This document shows, piece after piece, positions 44,292 through 53,896 of a stretch of DNA of 61,347 nucleotides. Origin of the DNA: a virus. Lineage: Duplodnaviria > Caudoviricetes. Made by a program: the position numbers and the translations under genes. The notes beneath the pieces were generated by a model. It was not told the origin of the DNA and did no database searches. It was given only the letters and a program-made list of their open reading frames with translations. Numbering within the stretch: position 1 is the first letter of the stretch; each line of letters opens with the position of its first letter. The DNA lies in IMG/VR virus record IMGVR_UViG_3300048599_000880, positions 1 to 61,347 of that record. One strand, written 5' to 3'.

Positions 44292-44807
44292 ATGCCCGCC
44301 ACCCTCAACCAGCCGCACACCGGCCTCACCCGTTACGGCTTCGCCGACCGGATGGAGCAGATCGACGCCGCGATCCGTCGCGACCGCCGCCCGCTCCCCT
44401 CGCACGATCTCAACACCGACAACTACCGCCGCTGGGCCCGCGCCGTCCTGCATGCGGAGGTCAAGCACGCCGTTGATGACTTCTGGCGCTGCGCCAACGC
44501 TCTCGGTGCCGGGCTCGTCTTTGACGACTACCACCGTGCCCGCGAAGCCGCGCCCTACCGCTTCGATCACGAGCGTAAGGCCGAAACGGCCCTGCACTGG
44601 CTAGACCAGCTCAACCTCCATGACGGCACTGCCCGCGATCCCTGGTCCCACTGGACGATCTACTCGCGCGAGCGGCGCCGGGAATGGGCTCGGGAACGCT
44701 GGCAGCTCAAGCAGAAGTTCTCGGTGGCGATGGGTGCCTATCTCGGGGCGCGTGTCGCCTACCAGGAAGGGCTCGTCGTGGTCGTTCGGCAGAAGGCGGC
44801 CGCGTGA
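44292..44807 (+). CDS. Hypothetical early protein
   Basis: GAGGAG RBS; first gene after the promoter. Confidence 0.65.
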   Translation: MPATLNQPHTGLTRYGFADRMEQIDAAIRRDRRPLPSHDLNTDNYRRWARAVLHAEVKHAVDDFWRCANALGAGLVFDDYHRAREAAPYRFDHERKAETALHWLDQLNLHDGTARDPWSHWTIYSRERRREWARERWQLKQKFSVAMGAYLGARVAYQEGLVVVVRQKAAA

Positions 44808-45121
44808 TGGGACTTCATCGCTGCACCGAAGCCGAGTGCCCTTACGAGGGCGACCTTAGCCCCAGTAGCTGCGGCTGCCACAAGACGGATGAGCGGATCA
44901 TGGCCGATGCGGCCAACGCCCTGCTTGTCGCCTTGAAGGCGCTTGTCGCTGCCGACGACGCGATGCTCGCGTTCTTGCTTACCGCCGACGCGGACAAGAT
45001 CGGCGAAGAGGCGTGGGCGGCTCAACACAAGGAGCGGGCTACCCATAAGCGGGACGCGACCTTGGCGGCAATCGCCGGGATCAAGGCCGCCGAAGCGGCT
45101 GGCATCAAGGCGGAGGGCTGA
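44807..45121 (+). CDS. Hypothetical protein
   Basis: TGATG overlap; N-terminal Cys/His cluster. Confidence 0.55.
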   Translation: MGLHRCTEAECPYEGDLSPSSCGCHKTDERIMADAANALLVALKALVAADDAMLAFLLTADADKIGEEAWAAQHKERATHKRDATLAAIAGIKAAEAAGIKAEG

Positions 45122-45122
45122 G

Positions 45123-45419
45123 ATGGCAGCCCACAAGTACAAGAGCGCCTGGATGGTCGAGCGCCGCGACCACGACAGCGGCTACATCTCCTACGAAGTG
45201 TGGAGCCAGCGCCCCTTCACGCGGCTGTTCTGCATCAGCGAGCACGACAACAAGGCAGCCAAGGCAATCGCCGAGAACATTGTCGCTCAGCACAACGAGG
45301 CGGCCGACATGCTGGACGCGCTCTATGCCTGCGCGTCCCTGCTCCACGACAAGCCGGAGCATCATGCCGCGCTGGAGAAGGCGCGCGTGGCTATCGCGAA
45401 AGCCGAGGCTCGCGCATGA
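45123..45419 (+). CDS. Hypothetical protein
   Basis: GGAGG RBS; C-terminal DMLDAL...ARVAIAKAE motif. Confidence 0.6.
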   Translation: MAAHKYKSAWMVERRDHDSGYISYEVWSQRPFTRLFCISEHDNKAAKAIAENIVAQHNEAADMLDALYACASLLHDKPEHHAALEKARVAIAKAEARA

Positions 45420-45757
45420 GCACGCACACCCTCACCACCACGATCCCCCACGGCCCGGCCGATATCGGCGCCGAGGTCGAGTTGGAGATCACCTTCAACT
45501 TCACGGCCGGCGCGGCACCAATCTTCCATCCGGCGGACGAGGCCTGTCCCGGTTATCCGGACGCCATCGAGCTGGTCTCGTGCAAGGGACCTATCAACCA
45601 CCCTGCCTACGCCGACCTTGAACAGCAGCAGCTCAACGATATCGCCGAGGCGTGGCTGGAGAGCGATGACGGGCGCGAGGCGGCGTTGCTGCAGGCCGCC
45701 GACGACAACGAACGGGACCGCGAGTACGCGGCCGAGTTGCGGGCGGAGGTCCAGTGA
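45416..45757 (+). CDS. Hypothetical acidic protein
   Basis: ATGA overlap; CPGYPD motif. Confidence 0.6.
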   Translation: MSTHTLTTTIPHGPADIGAEVELEITFNFTAGAAPIFHPADEACPGYPDAIELVSCKGPINHPAYADLEQQQLNDIAEAWLESDDGREAALLQAADDNERDREYAAELRAEVQ

Positions 45758-46275
45758 TGGAGGGCGCCTTCACCCTCTTCGACAAGCCGAAGCGCCTCGC
45801 CGACTTCAAGGCCTTCCTGACGGCCCGCGGCTGCGACGTGCTGGCCCCGACGAACGAATGGGAGCTGCTGCGGTTCAAGGCGGCCGGTCGTACCAACGTC
45901 GTCTACACGAATAGCAAGCGCGGCATCGCCGTTGTCGGCCCGGACATTGGCCCGGCAGCGGCCTCCTTCGTGAACGGCCAAGCCTGGAAGCCTGCCGGTG
46001 CCGCGAGGAAGGACGCGCTTAACAGCCGCCGGCGCCGCGTCCTGGCCGCCCGGCTCATCGAGCGCGATGGCACCGACTGCTTCTACTGCGGGAAGCCGCT
46101 CGGCGATGACGCCACGGTAGAGCACTTGGTTTCGCAGGCCCATGGCGGCCCGTCGCGCATCGGCAATCTCGCCCTTGCCCATGCTGAGTGCAATCAGGCC
46201 GGCGGCCACCTGTCGGTCATCGAGAAGATCAAGCTGCGCGAGCAGATGCACGCGGACGCGGAGGGCCGGATATGA
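45754..46275 (+). CDS. HNH endonuclease
   Basis: RDG..CFYCG, TVEHL..QAHGG and NL.LAHAECN motifs. Confidence 0.88.
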   Translation: MMEGAFTLFDKPKRLADFKAFLTARGCDVLAPTNEWELLRFKAAGRTNVVYTNSKRGIAVVGPDIGPAAASFVNGQAWKPAGAARKDALNSRRRRVLAARLIERDGTDCFYCGKPLGDDATVEHLVSQAHGGPSRIGNLALAHAECNQAGGHLSVIEKIKLREQMHADAEGRI

Positions 46276-46547
46276 CCGAACAGGAAGCCAAGACGAAGTG
46301 GTGCCCGTTCGTACGCGCGCCGCATCTCGGGACCGCCGGCATCAATCGGCAGGTCGACGAGCAACCGACGCCGCAAGCCCGCTGCATCGGCTCTGCCTGC
46401 ATGGGTTGGCGTTGGGCTGGTGCATGGGACGCGAACCACGGGGGGTTTCTGAACGATTCGACCGACATCAGGGAGCGCACCGTCGCCGGCAGGCTCATGG
46501 AGCATGAGAAGGCCGTGGGCTACTGCGGATTGGCAGGCAAGCCATGA
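46272..46547 (+). CDS. Hypothetical Cys-containing phage protein
   Basis: AKTKWCPF, CIGSACMGWRW and GYCGLAGKP motifs. Confidence 0.7.
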   Translation: MTEQEAKTKWCPFVRAPHLGTAGINRQVDEQPTPQARCIGSACMGWRWAGAWDANHGGFLNDSTDIRERTVAGRLMEHEKAVGYCGLAGKP

Positions 46548-46729
46548 GCGCCGACAGCAGAACGCTGCCGAGTGAGAAAGCTGCCGCGGCATTCCTCTCT
46601 GAACTCGATGCTCTTTGCGAGAAGCACGGCATCGTCATCGATGAAGGCGCGCAACTCTACGAGATGGAAGATGGCGACCGTGACTTCGTCTACGTCGCCG
46701 ACGAGGAAGGAGTGTTGGCCCGCACATGA
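46544..46729 (+). CDS. Hypothetical protein
   Basis: ATGA overlap; FL.EL.ALCEKHGI motif. Confidence 0.6.
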   Translation: MSADSRTLPSEKAAAAFLSELDALCEKHGIVIDEGAQLYEMEDGDRDFVYVADEEGVLART

Positions 46730-46905
46730 CCGACCCCAGCGCCGCCCTCCGCGAAGCCATGCGTTACGAAACCGACCCTGCATGGAGCCGCCTGCCCGTC
46801 GAACCGATCCCTCGGCCGGCCCGCTTCTACTGGCCCGAGATCCTGTGCGCGGTGCTGGCCATCGCCTGTCTCGCAATCGCTGTCACCGTGGGAGTCTCCG
46901 CATGA
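46726..46905 (+). CDS. 59-aa protein with a C-terminal TM segment
   Basis: AAGGAG RBS; ATGA overlaps at both ends; ILCAVLAIACLAIAVTVGV. Confidence 0.55.
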   Translation: MTDPSAALREAMRYETDPAWSRLPVEPIPRPARFYWPEILCAVLAIACLAIAVTVGVSA

Positions 46906-47090
46906 CGACGCTCGCTGACATGCTGATCCTCAGCCACGTCGGGATGATGGCGATGCGGGATCGCATTGAGCGCGCCGAGACGCGGCCGCAGCCCAACCGG
47001 CTCCCCGTCCCCGCTACGCGCAGCCGAGACACTCGTCGACGAGTGCGCCGTTCGAAGCCCAATCAATCCATCCTGAGGAGAGACCGATGA
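46902..47090 (+). CDS. Hypothetical basic protein
   Basis: ATGA overlaps at both ends. Confidence 0.45.
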   Translation: MTTLADMLILSHVGMMAMRDRIERAETRPQPNRLPVPATRSRDTRRRVRRSKPNQSILRRDR

Positions 47091-47956
47091 TCACGCTTGG
47101 CGAAGGTTTTCACCGCAACGTCCCGATGGAAAGCTACTTGGGCAACCTGTGTCCTGGCGTCTCAGTCTCGGGCTCGACGCTCTGGACCTTGCACGACAGT
47201 TGCCCGGCCAAGGCGCTGTCCAAGCACTACCTCAGCCCGTGGGCCGAAGAGGACGAAGAGTCCGCATCGCAGGATGACACCGCGGCAAAGGCTTTCGGCA
47301 GCGCCGCCCACGCCTACCTGATCGAAGGCAAGGAAGTCTTCGACGCGCAGTATGCCGTGAAGCCTGACGGCATGTCATTCGCGACCAAGGAAGGCAAGGC
47401 TTGGCGAGCCGATCATCAAGATCGCCGAATCGTGACCTTCAAGGAGTTCGAGACGATCACCGGCATGGCAAACGGCATCGTCGCCAATCCTGCCGCGCAC
47501 AACGCTTTCAGTGAAGGCGAGCCGGAAGTCACCGCGATCTACCAGGATCCGGAGACCAAGCTCTGGCTGAAGGTCCGGCCCGACTACCTGCGGCCGGGGC
47601 TGGCCATCAACTACAAGACGACCCGCAACGCCGCGCGCGAGCCCTGGATGCGGGATGCCTGGAACCTTGGCTATGCCGTAAGCGCCGCCCTTTGCGTCGA
47701 CGTGCTGAAGGCGCTGGGCCAGGACGCGCACTACGCTTTCGTAACACAGGAGAAGGCCCCGCCTTACCTGTGTGCGGTTCGCGTCCTCTCCGACGACTTC
47801 CTGCAAGGCGGCCGGATGATCTACCGCCGCGCGCTGCAGCGCTTCGCCGACTGCCTCGCCGCCGACAAGTGGCCGGGCTTCGCCGATGGCGTCGAAACGA
47901 TCCCGCTGCCCCCGTGGGCAGATCGAACCCTAGCCAACATGGAGAGCCCAACGTGA
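47087..47956 (+). CDS. RecE-like PD-(D/E)XK exonuclease (DUF3799-like)
   Basis: FGSAAH, EPEV, KVRPDY, NYKTT and FVTQEKAPPY motifs. Confidence 0.85.
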   Translation: MITLGEGFHRNVPMESYLGNLCPGVSVSGSTLWTLHDSCPAKALSKHYLSPWAEEDEESASQDDTAAKAFGSAAHAYLIEGKEVFDAQYAVKPDGMSFATKEGKAWRADHQDRRIVTFKEFETITGMANGIVANPAAHNAFSEGEPEVTAIYQDPETKLWLKVRPDYLRPGLAINYKTTRNAAREPWMRDAWNLGYAVSAALCVDVLKALGQDAHYAFVTQEKAPPYLCAVRVLSDDFLQGGRMIYRRALQRFADCLAADKWPGFADGVETIPLPPWADRTLANMESPT

Positions 47957-49143
47957 ACGCCCCAGCCCGTCAGACCGGCAACGGCACCGCCGCCAACGTC
48001 GCCAGCATCATCGGCGGCCGTGCCCCGATGCCTCGCTCCGAGGCCACCCAGGTCGAACAGAGCCGTGCCATTGCCGAAGTACAGGCCATGGTGACGGTCG
48101 CTCAGTCTCGGCCGCGCGATGTCACGCGTGCGATGGAACAGATGCGCCAGTCCTGCGCGATGATGGGCCTGGCCGAGCGCGCCTTCTTCAAGTTTCCGCG
48201 TGGCGGCCAGAGCGTTTCCGGCAAGTCGATCCATCTCGCTGTGGAGCTGGCCCGCTGTTGGGGCAACGTGAACTACGGCATCCGCGAACTCAGCCGCGAT
48301 GACATTGGCGGCCAGTCCGAAATGCTCGCCTTCGCGTGGGACCTCGAAACCAACTCGCGGGCCGACACGACCTTCATCGTCCCGCACAAGCGCGACAAGA
48401 AGGGCGGCCCCGAGGCCCTGGTCGATCTTCGGGACATCTACGAGAACAACGCCAACAACGGTGCCCGCCGGCTCCGCGAGATGATCTTCCGCATCGTGCC
48501 ACCGTGGTACCGAGAGAAGGCCGCCGAGCTCTGCCACGAGACACTGCAGCGCGGCGAAGGCGACGAGCCGTTGCCGGTCCGCATCGCCAACATGGTGGCG
48601 GCCTTCGCTGGCATCGGGATCGGTCGCGATCGCATCGAGGCCCGCGTTGGCTCCGTCGATAAAATGACCGCCGTCGACCTCGCCAACATGATCGTGTCGT
48701 TCAAGTCGATCAAAGCCGGCGAGATCAGCAAGGACGAGGAGTTCCCGCCCCTCACCGCTGGCCAGGTCAACCAGCTTCTCAATCCCTCCGCGCCGCCGCC
48801 TACCTCAAATCCGGAAGGCGGCGCGAAGGGCGGGCAAACGGCTGTTGATCCTCCCGCAGCCGCGGCCGGTAGCGATAGCAAACCCGAGGCCACCGGCCAG
48901 CCCGCTCAATCCGACAACGGTCAGCAGGCCGCGCAGGAGCCGACCGATCTCGTCCCCACTGGCGCTGGGCAGGAGGACATCGCGGCGAAGATCGTTGCGC
49001 TGATCAAGGAAGCCAAGACCGAGGACCGCGTCCACGCCATCACGTCCGCCAATGCCGAGCGGATGAAAAAGTGGACGCAGGGCAATCGCGTGAAGGTCAA
49101 CAACGCGGCCGAGGATCAGATCGAGGACCTGCAGAAGCTCTGA
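47953..49143 (+). CDS. Candidate ssDNA-annealing recombinase (RecT position, non-RecT sequence)
   Basis: GTGA coupling to the exonuclease; RAIAEVQA, PRGG...G.SI.LA.ELAR.WGN and ARRLRE motifs. Confidence 0.55.
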   Translation: MNAPARQTGNGTAANVASIIGGRAPMPRSEATQVEQSRAIAEVQAMVTVAQSRPRDVTRAMEQMRQSCAMMGLAERAFFKFPRGGQSVSGKSIHLAVELARCWGNVNYGIRELSRDDIGGQSEMLAFAWDLETNSRADTTFIVPHKRDKKGGPEALVDLRDIYENNANNGARRLREMIFRIVPPWYREKAAELCHETLQRGEGDEPLPVRIANMVAAFAGIGIGRDRIEARVGSVDKMTAVDLANMIVSFKSIKAGEISKDEEFPPLTAGQVNQLLNPSAPPPTSNPEGGAKGGQTAVDPPAAAAGSDSKPEATGQPAQSDNGQQAAQEPTDLVPTGAGQEDIAAKIVALIKEAKTEDRVHAITSANAERMKKWTQGNRVKVNNAAEDQIEDLQKL

Positions 49144-49175
49144 GGTCCTGACGCACGCACTACGGAGAGAAGCTC

Positions 49176-50522
49176 ATGGCAAAGAAGATCGAGAAAGCCG
49201 TAAAGGCGCCGCTGAGGATCGTCAATCTGGTCGCCGAGAACTTCAAGCGGCTGGTCGCGGTGGAGATCACGCCGGACGGCAACGTGGTCGAAATCACCGG
49301 AGCCAACGAGGCCGGGAAGAGCAGCGTTGTGGATGCTATCTGGGCAGCGCTCGGCGGCGAAGACAGCATCCCGGACATGCCGATCCGCAAGGGCGAGAGC
49401 AAGGCGATGATCCGCCTGGATCTCGGTGAGTATGTCGTCATCCGGTCTTTCAAACTAAAGGACGATGGCAAGACGGCCTCCTCGCAACTGCGCGTCGAGA
49501 ACGCCGACGGTTTTCGGTCACAGTCGCCGCAGACCGTCATCAACGGTCTTCTCGGCCGGTTCGCCTTCGATCCGCTGGAATTCGACCGGCTGAAGATGAA
49601 GGACAAGTTCGAGACCATGAAGGGCTTCGTCCCCGGCGTCGACTTCGCCGCCATCGCGAAGTCCGATGACGAGGATCGCAAGGCCCGCACCGATGTGAAC
49701 CGTGACGCCAAGGCGATCCAGGCGCAAATGGATGCCATCGTCATTCCCGACGACGCCCCAACCGAGAAGACCGACGAAGCCGCCTTGGTCGACGAAGTGG
49801 CTTCCGTCGGCGACTTCAATGCGCAGCTCGAGCGGCGCGAGGAACGCCGGCAAGCCATCGCGGCCGAAGCACAGGGGCATCGGGAAGACGCCAAGGCAGC
49901 CCGCGATCGCGCCACCGATCTGCGCAAGCAAGCCGATGCGCTGGATGCCCAAGCCGAGGCGAGCGATACGTTGGCCAAGGAACGCGAAGACAGGCTTGCT
50001 AACGCAGAACCTCTGCCCGCGCCCAAGGATGCTTCAGAGGTCCGCGCTCGCCTGGAGAAGGCCAAGGCCGACAACGCCCTGGTCGATCTCCGAAACCGCC
50101 GAGAGACGCTGGGGAAGCAGCACGATTCCCTCGTAACCAAGTCGGCGGCACTGACGGCGGCGATCGACAAACGCCAATCCGACAAGTTGGCCGCCATCAG
50201 CGAGGCGAAGCTGCCTGTTGACGGGCTGGAATTCGGCGACGGCGTCATCCTGCTCAATGGCATCCCGCTGGATCAATGCAGCGCCGCCCAGCGGCTCAAA
50301 ACCTCCATTGCGATCGCCATGGCCGCCAACCCGCGGCTACGGGTCCTGCGCATCAGCGAAGGCTCCCTCCTCGACAGCAACGGCATGAAGATCCTTGCCG
50401 AGATGTGCAAGGGCCGCGGCTACCAGGCTTGGGTCGAGCGGGTCGACGATACCGGCAAGACGGGCTTCTTCATCGAAGAAGGCCGGTTGCGGGATGCGGC
50501 TGCCGAGCGCGAGGCCGCGTGA
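49176..50522 (+). CDS. SMC/Rad50-like ATPase
   Basis: ENFKR, Walker A GANEAGKS, long coiled coil, CSAAQ signature, ISEGSLLD. Confidence 0.85.
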   Translation: MAKKIEKAVKAPLRIVNLVAENFKRLVAVEITPDGNVVEITGANEAGKSSVVDAIWAALGGEDSIPDMPIRKGESKAMIRLDLGEYVVIRSFKLKDDGKTASSQLRVENADGFRSQSPQTVINGLLGRFAFDPLEFDRLKMKDKFETMKGFVPGVDFAAIAKSDDEDRKARTDVNRDAKAIQAQMDAIVIPDDAPTEKTDEAALVDEVASVGDFNAQLERREERRQAIAAEAQGHREDAKAARDRATDLRKQADALDAQAEASDTLAKEREDRLANAEPLPAPKDASEVRARLEKAKADNALVDLRNRRETLGKQHDSLVTKSAALTAAIDKRQSDKLAAISEAKLPVDGLEFGDGVILLNGIPLDQCSAAQRLKTSIAIAMAANPRLRVLRISEGSLLDSNGMKILAEMCKGRGYQAWVERVDDTGKTGFFIEEGRLRDAAAEREAA

Positions 50523-50962
50523 TGGACATCATCGTCGACATCGACGGCACCCTGGCCGACTGCACTCACCGGCTGCGTCACATTCAGAAGCAGCCGAAGG
50601 ATTGGGACGCCTTCTTCGCCGACTGCGGCAAGGACGCCCCGATCAACACAGTGATCAATATCGTGGAGGCGCTGGGCCTGGCCTCGAACACCATCATCTT
50701 CTGCAGTGGCCGGCCCGAGCGCTGCCGCGCTGACACCGAGCAATGGTTGCGCACGATGTTGAACTATGTCGCGCCGACCCCTCTCTACATGCGCCCTGAT
50801 GGCGATCGCCGAGACGATCAAATCGTGAAGCGCGAGTTGCTGGCCCGCATTCGTGCCGATGGGTTCAACCCCGTTCTGGCGATCGATGACCGCAGCCGTG
50901 TCGTCGCCATGTGGCGGGCCGAAGGGCTGATTTGCGCTCAGGTGGCAGAGGGGGATTTCTGA
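50522..50962 (+). CDS. HAD-family phosphatase (PNKP phosphatase-like)
   Basis: DIDGTLAD, SGR, MR..GDRRDD..VK and IDDR motifs. Confidence 0.88.
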   Translation: MDIIVDIDGTLADCTHRLRHIQKQPKDWDAFFADCGKDAPINTVINIVEALGLASNTIIFCSGRPERCRADTEQWLRTMLNYVAPTPLYMRPDGDRRDDQIVKRELLARIRADGFNPVLAIDDRSRVVAMWRAEGLICAQVAEGDF

Positions 50963-51846
50963 TGGACCTTACCCAAGCCCTCGCACTGGTCGAGGCCTCT
51001 CCTGACCATCGCGTCCTGCGACGGATCAAAGTCGAGCTTGGCCTGAGGATCGAGGAATCCGGCTTTGGCCCGGTTCACCGCGGCCTGTTCGTCGATACTG
51101 AGACCACAGGCCTCGACCACGCCAAGGACGCCGTCGTCGAGTTTGCCGCGGTGCCGTTCTCCTACGCCAACGACGGGACTGTGATCAGCGTCGGCGCCCC
51201 TTTCCATAGCTATCAGGACCCCGGCAAGCCGATCCCTCCAGCAATGACGAAGATCCATGGCGTCACGGATGAGATGGTTGCCGGCAAGTCGATCGACCGA
51301 GATGCCTTGGCTGCGTTCGCGAAGGGCGTGGACCTCGTGATCGCCCACAATGCCGAGTTTGACCGGCCCTTCTGCGAAGGCATCTGGCCTGGCTTTGCCG
51401 AGCTACCGTGGGGCTGCAGCATGGAGCAGGTTCCTTGGGACGAGGAAGGCGTCGAGGGTAGGAAGCTGACCTATATCGCGGCGTCGTTGGGGTGGTTCTA
51501 CGATGCCCACAACGCGGTCAACGACTGCATGGCGGCGCTGTTTCTGCTGTCTCTCAAGCTGCCAAGCGGGCGAACCGGCTTGGCGCGACTTCTCGGCAAG
51601 GCCTTCCTCGACACTCGGCGGATCTGGGCCGTCGACTCGCCCTTTGAGACCAAGGACATCCTCAAGGCCCGCGGCTACCGATGGAATGGCGGCGAGGATG
51701 GTCGTCACAAGGCTTGGCATAAGGAAGTCGCGCTCGATGAGTTCGATGCTGAGATCGAGTTCCTGAAAACCTCGATCTATCGGCGCAATACCATGGGCCG
51801 GTCTTCCAAGGTCACGCCGCTGACGCGGTTCACGGTGCGCGGATGA
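50962..51846 (+). CDS. DnaQ-like 3'-5' exonuclease
   Basis: DTETTG, AHNAEFD and AHNAVNDC (DEDDh) motifs. Confidence 0.9.
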   Translation: MDLTQALALVEASPDHRVLRRIKVELGLRIEESGFGPVHRGLFVDTETTGLDHAKDAVVEFAAVPFSYANDGTVISVGAPFHSYQDPGKPIPPAMTKIHGVTDEMVAGKSIDRDALAAFAKGVDLVIAHNAEFDRPFCEGIWPGFAELPWGCSMEQVPWDEEGVEGRKLTYIAASLGWFYDAHNAVNDCMAALFLLSLKLPSGRTGLARLLGKAFLDTRRIWAVDSPFETKDILKARGYRWNGGEDGRHKAWHKEVALDEFDAEIEFLKTSIYRRNTMGRSSKVTPLTRFTVRG

Positions 51847-52178
51847 GCGCCGACACCGACCTCGCCATCGCCCAGTCCGAAGCACGGGCGCCCTACTACG
51901 CCGAAGCCGGCATGGTCTGGAAGCATCCGGTCTACACGCGGACCGACACCGGCTTGCGCATCAGCATCGGCTTCCCGGTCTGCACTATGCATGCCGCGGC
52001 TGGAGCCGAGGCGGCCGCCAAGGTCGCCACGCTCATGAACCTTGGCGACGCGGCCGAGGAGTTGATCGCCGCCCTGGAAGACATCCTCAACTACACCGGC
52101 GGCGCCGAAGGTCCGCTCAACGATGACTATGTCGTCGATCGAGCGAAGGCGGCGATTGAGAAGGCGAAGCGCGAATGA
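51843..52178 (+). CDS. Hypothetical protein
   Basis: ATGA overlaps; C-terminal ELIAAL...AKAAIEKA motif. Confidence 0.6.
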   Translation: MSADTDLAIAQSEARAPYYAEAGMVWKHPVYTRTDTGLRISIGFPVCTMHAAAGAEAAAKVATLMNLGDAAEELIAALEDILNYTGGAEGPLNDDYVVDRAKAAIEKAKRE

Positions 52179-52801
52179 CCGAGCGGCCGACCTCGTACCC
52201 ACTTGCGTGGCCGCTTGGCTGGCCACGAAATAGGGTCCGCCAGCGCGCCCGCTTCAGCAGCGACGGTGGAAGCAAGTCGGTCACGATCTCCGATGGCCTT
52301 CGCCGCCTCGAGGCCGAGTTGAAGCGGCTTGGCGTGCCGGACTGGAACGTCATCGTGTCGAGCAATCTCGTCCTCGGTCAGCGCGGTATGCCGCTCGCCA
52401 ATCAGGCCGAGCCGCGTGACCCTGGCGTTGCAGCGTACTTCAAGCTTCGCGGCAAGGATCGTGTCTTGGCGTGCGATCGCTGGTACCGGACGGCGGAGAA
52501 CCTTGCCGCGATTGCCGCGCATATCGATGCCATCCGTCGCGTCGACCGCTACGGTGTTGGCACCCTCGACCAGGCCTTTGCGGGGTACACGCCCCTGCCG
52601 CCACCGGGCGCAGACAATCGCGCGCCGTGGAGAGCCATCTTCGAATTTGCAAGCGACGCTGTTGTCACGCGCGACGATATCGATCGCCGCTTCAAGGCCC
52701 TGGCGATGCGGCTGCATCCAGATCGCGGCGGCACACAAGAGGGCATGGCCCAGCTCAATCAGGCACGGGACGACGCTATGCGGGAGGTCGGCAATGGGTG
52801 A
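52175..52801 (+). CDS. Phage J-domain (DnaJ-like) protein
   Basis: YPLAWPLGWPR, DPGVAAYF and ACDRW motifs; C-terminal LHPDRGG. Confidence 0.88.
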   Translation: MTERPTSYPLAWPLGWPRNRVRQRARFSSDGGSKSVTISDGLRRLEAELKRLGVPDWNVIVSSNLVLGQRGMPLANQAEPRDPGVAAYFKLRGKDRVLACDRWYRTAENLAAIAAHIDAIRRVDRYGVGTLDQAFAGYTPLPPPGADNRAPWRAIFEFASDAVVTRDDIDRRFKALAMRLHPDRGGTQEGMAQLNQARDDAMREVGNG

Positions 52802-53684
52802 ATCAACCAAGATCGAATGGTGCACTCATACTTGGTCGCCATGGATCGGATGCACGAAACTGTCGGCAGCCTGCGACCATTGTTATGCCGCCGACATGGC
52901 AAAGCGCTACGGCTGGGCGAGATACGAAGCAGGAGCGCCGCGGCACCGGACATCGGCGGACTATTGGAAGAAGCCCTTGCTCTGGAACAGGCAAGCCGAG
53001 GCCGCCGGCAAACGGGCTTCGGTCTTCGCCAGTCTCTGCGATCCGTTCGATAGCGAAGTCGACGACGCTTGGCGCGCGGACCACTTCGCGATCATTGAAG
53101 CGACGCCGTGGCTCGAATGGCTCGTGCTCACCAAACGGGCCAAGCTCGCGCATCAGTTCTTTGCTGGTCGTGCCGTACCGAACAATGTTCGCATGGGCAC
53201 GACGGCCGAGGATCAGAAGATGCTCGACCTTCGTGGGCCAGACATCATCGCGATCAAGGCGGCACTATTGCCATTCCTGTCGGCTGAGCCACTGCTCGGT
53301 GGGATCGACGCTTATCATGGAGACCCCGACCCCCGGCTCGGCGGTGTGCGGGCCAAACAGACTTTGCTCGGCCACTGGTGGAAGCCAGGCGACTCGCGCA
53401 ACCACCCCGGTCACTTCGGATTCGGCTGGGTCATCACCGGAGGCGAGAGCGGCCCCAAGGCGCGCCCCTCGCACCCGGATTGGTTCCGATCACTGCGCGA
53501 CCAATGTGAGGTCGCGAATGTTCCCTTCTTCTTCAAGCAGTGGGGCGAGTGGGTCTCGGTCAGCGAAGTCGAGGGCGTCGGCAAGCACTTCACGTTTCCA
53601 GATGGCGCGACCGTCCGGCGGATCGGAAAGGCCAAGTCTGGCGCGTCACTCGACGGGCGCGAATGGCGCGAGTTCCCGACATGA
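52794..53684 (+). CDS. DUF5131 (phage Gp37/Gp68) radical SAM-like protein
   Basis: TKIEW..HTW.PW.GC......CDHCYA, LTKR, SAEPLLG, GGESG and FFFKQWG motifs. Confidence 0.9.
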   Translation: MGESTKIEWCTHTWSPWIGCTKLSAACDHCYAADMAKRYGWARYEAGAPRHRTSADYWKKPLLWNRQAEAAGKRASVFASLCDPFDSEVDDAWRADHFAIIEATPWLEWLVLTKRAKLAHQFFAGRAVPNNVRMGTTAEDQKMLDLRGPDIIAIKAALLPFLSAEPLLGGIDAYHGDPDPRLGGVRAKQTLLGHWWKPGDSRNHPGHFGFGWVITGGESGPKARPSHPDWFRSLRDQCEVANVPFFFKQWGEWVSVSEVEGVGKHFTFPDGATVRRIGKAKSGASLDGREWREFPT

Positions 53685-53878
53685 CCGCCCGCCGCGCCAC
53701 TCGCAATCTCTGGTGCGCGAGCTGCGACAGCGCGGGCGCCGTCCTCTGCTTCTGCGGTGGCGACGCCTGCCACTGCGGTCGCGAAGAGGTCGCCTGCCCC
53801 GACTGCGATGGAGCGTCACAGCCCGCGTACTGCGAGGCCGACGACTGCATCGAAGAACTCGTCACCCTCATCTGCTGA
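53681..53878 (+). CDS. Small Cys-rich zinc-finger protein
   Basis: CASC..AG, C.CGGD.C.C and CPDCDG in 65 aa; ATGA overlap. Confidence 0.65.
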   Translation: MTARRATRNLWCASCDSAGAVLCFCGGDACHCGREEVACPDCDGASQPAYCEADDCIEELVTLIC

Positions 53879-53896
53879 TCACCGAAGGAGCAACCA

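Noticed and set aside
52794-53684. DUF5131 as part of a DUF5131 / three-Cys-motif-partner system
   Set aside because: No partner methyltransferase-like gene is adjacent, and stand-alone copies are common in phage early regions.
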